This document shows positions 58,696 to 64,000 of a stretch of 64,000 nucleotides of DNA, piece by piece. The stretch is from Polyangiales bacterium (GTDB taxonomy: Bacteria; Myxococcota_A; Polyangia; Polyangiales; Ga0077539). The stretch spans positions 480,001-544,000 of the forward strand of contig JBGARZ010000003.1 of the NCBI GenBank assembly GCA_044229975.1. Direction: 5' to 3'. Each line of letters begins with the position of its first letter. Within the stretch, counting starts at the first letter, position 1. A program made the translations under genes and the position numbers. The notes beneath the pieces were generated by a model that was not told the DNA's origin, searched no databases, and saw only the letters and a program-made list of their open reading frames with translations.

Positions 58696-58849
58696 CCGCA
58701 AGGGCGCAGGGATCGCAAGGAGGATGAGAGCTACGCCGAAGAGATGTCTGGGTGTCGGAGACGGTGCGGCAGACGCCATGGCCCGACGCAGCGGACGCCT
58801 CTCCGAGACATCCATCGCTCTGTTCCTTGCGACCCCTGCGCCCTTGCGG
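58696..58849. repeat. 154-bp palindromic element with 26-bp terminal inverted repeats (REP/MITE-like)
   Basis: CCGCAAGGGCGCAGGGATCGCAAGGA (58696-58721) vs TCCTTGCGACCCCTGCGCCCTTGCGG (58824-58849), one mismatch. Confidence 0.8.
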
Positions 58850-58872
58850 TCGGTCTCTCGAAGCCCGCGAGG

Positions 58873-59739
58873 TCAAAGCCCGCGCGAGCGCTCCGACCGC
58901 AGCGGGATGCGCCCGTCGATGGCGGCGTCGATGAGCGCCACGATGCGCTCACGGTCGCGCGGAAGTCGCCCGCCGAGCGGCAGGTAGTTGGACGCGTGGT
59001 TGGTGCGGAAGAGCGCGTCCGTCGGGCGCGCGAGATCCACCATCGTCCGCAGCTCGCGCAGCAGATCGGGCGTCGGGGGGACGGCGAAACGCCCGCGCCC
59101 CGCGAGCGTCGCCAACGGCGTGCCCGGGACGACCGTCACCGTGAGCGCGGAGAAGTACGCCGGGTTCATGTCCGTCACGAGCTGCGCGGTCGCGCGGGCG
59201 TGCTCTTCGCCGCGCTCCATGCCGATGCCCAGCAGGGCGATCACGCTGAGCTCCATGCCCGCGGCGTGCGCTCGCTGCGCGGCCTCGACGTGCGCCGCGG
59301 CGTCGTCGCCCTTCGCGATGCGCTTGAGCGTGACGTCGTCGCCAGACTCCGGGCCCACGTAGAGCAGCGAGAGCCCGCGTTCTCGCAGTGTGCGTAGCTC
59401 CTCGTCGGTCTTGCCGAGGACGTTGCGGGCCATGGCGTAGGCGGACACCCGCCGCAGCCGCGGGAAGAGCGCCGCCGCGCGGTCGAGGATGGGCAGCCAG
59501 TGGTCCATCGGCAGCACCAGCGCGTCGCCGTCGGCGACGAAGAGCTTCTCCACGGCGTCGGCGTGGCGGGCGGCGGAGTCGAGGTCGGCGAGCACCTCGT
59601 CGAGCGCGCGAACCCGGAAGGTCTTCGCGCGGTACATGTCGCAGTAGGTGCAGTGGTTCCACGAGCAGCCGATGGTGGCCTGGACGATGAGGGCGTCGGC
59701 CTCCGAGGGCGGGCGGTAGAGGGTGCCTTCGTAGCGCAT
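58873..59739 (-). CDS. Radical SAM protein
   Basis: MRYEGTLYRPPSEA, GCSWNHCTYC, LLYVGPESG, FRTNHASNYL. Confidence 0.9.
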   Translation of the reverse strand: MRYEGTLYRPPSEADALIVQATIGCSWNHCTYCDMYRAKTFRVRALDEVLADLDSAARHADAVEKLFVADGDALVLPMDHWLPILDRAAALFPRLRRVSAYAMARNVLGKTDEELRTLRERGLSLLYVGPESGDDVTLKRIAKGDDAAAHVEAAQRAHAAGMELSVIALLGIGMERGEEHARATAQLVTDMNPAYFSALTVTVVPGTPLATLAGRGRFAVPPTPDLLRELRTMVDLARPTDALFRTNHASNYLPLGGRLPRDRERIVALIDAAIDGRIPLRSERSRGL

Positions 59740-59758
59740 CAGGGGTGCGGTCGTGACG

Positions 59759-60145
59759 TCAGCCCGCGCCGTCGTCGACGTCCACCACATCGACGGTGAC
59801 CCCGCTGTCGACCACCGGCGGGACGTCGATCACGGGCGCAATGTCCACCGGCGGAGGCTGCACATCCACCGCAGGCGAGACGTCGGGCGCCGCAGGCATG
59901 TCCACCGGGGGCGTACCAGCGTCGGCGGCGACCGCCCCCACATCGACCGGCGGCCCCGCGTCGAGGCGCGTCGGCGTCACGCAACGCGACGTGCCGTTGG
60001 TGGTCACCTCGCACCGCAGCGGCGCAACACACTCGCGGTCTTGCAGGCACTCGTCGCCGCGCTGCCGCGTACCCTCGATGGAGCACCCGCTCACGAGCAG
60101 GCACAACGCCGCCCATCCCAGCACCTTCGCCGATGTGTTGTGCAT
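59759..60145 (-). CDS. Small lipoprotein: Cys domain + Asp/Pro/Val tail
   Basis: VSGC lipobox; GDECLQDRECVAPLRC; DV/DAG-rich tail. Confidence 0.7.
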   Translation of the reverse strand: MHNTSAKVLGWAALCLLVSGCSIEGTRQRGDECLQDRECVAPLRCEVTTNGTSRCVTPTRLDAGPPVDVGAVAADAGTPPVDMPAAPDVSPAVDVQPPPVDIAPVIDVPPVVDSGVTVDVVDVDDGAG

Positions 60146-60191
60146 TGCTTCGCCCTGACCTGCGCCCGCCGCCGACCCTATCACGCGCCTG

Positions 60192-61730
60192 CTACTTTCG
60201 GATGCGCGCATGCTTCAACGAGCGCGTCGCGAAGAGGTCCCTCTCGTCGACGGCGACCGGCGGCGCAACCTCGACCCGCACCCCCGACAAGGGCTCACCT
60301 TCCCGGGTGAGAACGGGCTCGCCGGTGATGCGTTCCAGGCGTCGGAAGCCGCCGTGCCGCTGCGACGCGAGGCGCGCGACCGTCCTGCGCTCGGGCACCG
60401 TCAAGGGATCGAGAAGCGCCGCGAGCAGGCGCTCGAGACGCCCGATGACCGCCAGCGCCGCGTCGTCGTCCGACAGTTCGCCCGCCTCCGCGGCATGGGC
60501 GACGACCACGTCCCAACGCAGTTGCATGCCGTGGTCAGGGTCGCGGAGCGCCGTCAGCAGCGCCTCGTCGTAGGTCGCCGTCGCCGGGTCCGCCGTCGGC
60601 GCCTGGCCCGCGCGGTAGATGCCCTGCGGCGGCGGCTCGGCCTCCGTTGGCTCGGGCGCCACCTCCATCTCCGCGCGCAGACGCCGCGCGAGCTCGGCGG
60701 CGTCCCGTTGCTCGCGCGCTCGCTCGCCCTTCGCCTGGTCCCGCGCCCGGACGACCACGGCCTTCGCCTCGGCGACCCGGCGGCGAGCGGGCTCCACGTC
60801 CACTCCGACGGGGCGCGTCGTCCAGCGAAGCCACTGCGCGGAGGTGTCCTCGGAGCCGGGGCGGGCGTCGGCGAAGGCCCACGAGAGAACCCTGCCGAGC
60901 ACCATCGGCAGGGGGTAGATCACGACCGACGCGACCACCATCGGGATGACCCACAGCAGCCCGAGCACGAAGCGGCTCACCAGGTAGATGAAGGACTCGG
61001 TCTCGACGAGGCGGTACGAGAGACCCAGCGCAGCGATGACCCCGGTGGCGATCGCGGCGAGCCCCGTGAGGTGGGCCGTCAGCGCGGGCCGGGAGTGGTT
61101 GCCCCACAACGGATTGCCCCAGCGCACTGGGACCTTGCCCTCGCTCGTCTCGCGTTCGAGGTCGGCGCGGAGGACGAGCGCCACGGCGCCGCCGCCGATC
61201 ATCTGCGCCGCCGCCACGACGAACACATCGGCGATGCCCACCTGTGCCCAGAAGCCCTCGTCACCGATGGGCCGGGTCGGGCTGCCGGCGCCGAGCGCGT
61301 CGAGGGAGTACGCCGCGAGCGCGATGCCCACCGCGAGGTGAGTGAGCACCAGCACCGCCGCTGGAAAGTGGACCGAAGCCCCGAAGCGGCTGAGCGCCCG
61401 CGAGGTGTCGCGCAGCTCTTCGCTCGAAGGGGACTCCCGGGGAGAGGCGATCTCCAGCGCCAGCTCCAGCTCGGAGGTGACGCGGTGGAGAAAGGGGCGG
61501 GACTGGCTGTCCAGACGCAGCGCGACGAGGTCGGCGCGCAACGAGGGCTGCGTCGCGAGCCAGCGGAGCGCGTCGAGCGACGGGGCCTCGCAGGCGTAGC
61601 GGTGCAGGAGCGCGAGCGCGTCGTCGACGACGGACCCTTGGCCGCCTGCGACGAGCTTCTTGGAGGCTGCGACGGCGGTGACCGCGGCCGCAGCCCTGGG
61701 GCGTGTGATGGGAGAGGAGTCGTCGCTCAT
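60192..61730 (-). CDS. Hypothetical membrane protein (4 TM + coiled coil)
   Basis: Long ORF with TM cluster and coiled coil; no family recognised. Confidence 0.6.
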   Translation of the reverse strand: MSDDSSPITRPRAAAAVTAVAASKKLVAGGQGSVVDDALALLHRYACEAPSLDALRWLATQPSLRADLVALRLDSQSRPFLHRVTSELELALEIASPRESPSSEELRDTSRALSRFGASVHFPAAVLVLTHLAVGIALAAYSLDALGAGSPTRPIGDEGFWAQVGIADVFVVAAAQMIGGGAVALVLRADLERETSEGKVPVRWGNPLWGNHSRPALTAHLTGLAAIATGVIAALGLSYRLVETESFIYLVSRFVLGLLWVIPMVVASVVIYPLPMVLGRVLSWAFADARPGSEDTSAQWLRWTTRPVGVDVEPARRRVAEAKAVVVRARDQAKGERAREQRDAAELARRLRAEMEVAPEPTEAEPPPQGIYRAGQAPTADPATATYDEALLTALRDPDHGMQLRWDVVVAHAAEAGELSDDDAALAVIGRLERLLAALLDPLTVPERRTVARLASQRHGGFRRLERITGEPVLTREGEPLSGVRVEVAPPVAVDERDLFATRSLKHARIRK

Positions 61731-61778
61731 CGTCGGGTCCGTCTGCGACGGGCGGCGCGAGCGTAACGCGGGAGAGAG

Positions 61779-63035
<1,257 letters not shown>

Positions 63036-63143
63036 GTGATCCTCCCGATGCTGCGAATACTCCCCAGAGCGCACGTCCGCGCGCAGGGAGTACCGCTGTT
63101 GTCGCGACGCGATGCCGTCCAAGCACGCGCCGCGGATGTGCCT

Positions 63144-64000
63144 TCAGAACACTTCGCTCAGCCAGCCTCGAAACTTGCCGAACAAACTCTCGCCGCCCGC
63201 CGCCGCCTGGGCGCGAGCTTCCGCCGGGGCGCTCGCCTTCACGGGGCCCTGGTAGGTCCCCGCCGTCGACGGCACCGCGATGCGCGCGGGCCGGGCCGCG
63301 CCGTACTTCACGAGGCCCACCGCCGTCGCCATCGCGGGGCTGCGGACCATCTCCACCATTCCCCCGACACCCGTCGGAACGCCGCGGCGCACCGGCAACT
63401 GCAACACCTGCTCGGCGAGCTCGACGCTGCCTTCGAGCAACGACCCGCCGCCGCACAGCACGACGCCGGCGTTCAGACGGTCGATCATGCCGCTGTTGTG
63501 CAGAGCCTGCGCGATGCAGCCGAACAGCTCTTCCATGCGCGGCTCGGCGATGGAGGCGAGGTACTCGCGGGAGAGCGTTCGCGAGGGGCGGCCGCCGACG
63601 CCAGGGACTTCGAGGGTCTCCTCGGGGTCGACCATCGAGCGCATCGCGCAGCCGTAGCGAACCTTCAGCCGCTCGGCCTCGCTCGCGGGCGTACGCAGCC
63701 CCGCGGCGATGTCGGTGGTGAGGTTTTCGCCGCCCACCGGGATGACCCCGGTGTGGCGCAGCGAGCCGTCGGCGTAGATGACCACGTCCGTCGAGCCGCC
63801 GCCGATGTCGATGAGGGCGACGCCGATCTCCTTCTCGTCCTCGGTGAGCACGGCCTCGGCGCTCGCGAGCGGCGTCAACACCAGCTCGGCGACGTGGAGG
63901 TTGCAGCGCTCGATGCACTTGGTGACGTTCTGCACGCTCGACACGGCGGCCGTGACGAGGTGAACGCGCGCCTCGATGCGCACCCCACTCATACCCACGG
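63144..64000 (-). CDS. ftsA: Cell division protein FtsA (5' end outside window)
   Basis: LTEDEKEIGVALIDIGGGSTD, AERLKVRYG, VLCGGGS, C-terminal amphipathic helix; upstream of ftsZ. Confidence 0.96.
   Translation of the reverse strand, partial: VGMSGVRIEARVHLVTAAVSSVQNVTKCIERCNLHVAELVLTPLASAEAVLTEDEKEIGVALIDIGGGSTDVVIYADGSLRHTGVIPVGGENLTTDIAAGLRTPASEAERLKVRYGCAMRSMVDPEETLEVPGVGGRPSRTLSREYLASIAEPRMEELFGCIAQALHNSGMIDRLNAGVVLCGGGSLLEGSVELAEQVLQLPVRRGVPTGVGGMVEMVRSPAMATAVGLVKYGAARPARIAVPSTAGTYQGPVKASAPAEARAQAAAGGESLFGKFRGWLSEVF

Noticed and set aside
58873..59739. CX4CX2C spacing in the second radical SAM protein as a novelty
   Set aside because: As far as I recall this spacing is normal for the widespread RPPSEA family.

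Overview
Very GC-rich bacterial chromosomal DNA, densely coding (about 55 genes). Gene content points to a myxobacterium of the Polyangiales/Sandaracinus type (inference): paired GltA/GltB-like outer-membrane barrels, TPR-PEGA proteins, Cys-rich lipoproteins and a DUF4388 signalling protein. Housekeeping genes include ppk2, truA, ftsY, yceD-rpmF-fabG-acpP-fabF-rpiB, efp-epmA, tkt and ftsA-ftsZ. The most notable items are: (1) a coupled operon of a chaperone-like protein, a predicted beta-barrel and a 13-heme cytochrome c, resembling a porin-cytochrome conduit; (2) a TPR protein ending in a TFIIB/TFB-like cyclin-fold HTH; (3) a GT-C-like glycosyltransferase coupled to a membrane-anchored F-type (fucose) lectin with the complete binding motif; (4) a 241-bp duplication of an oppC 3' end flanking a decayed nucleotidyltransferase cassette; (5) several degenerate or atypical enzymes. 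I saw no rRNA, tRNA, CRISPR array, transposase or integrase. All family calls come from motif recognition by eye, with no database searches.
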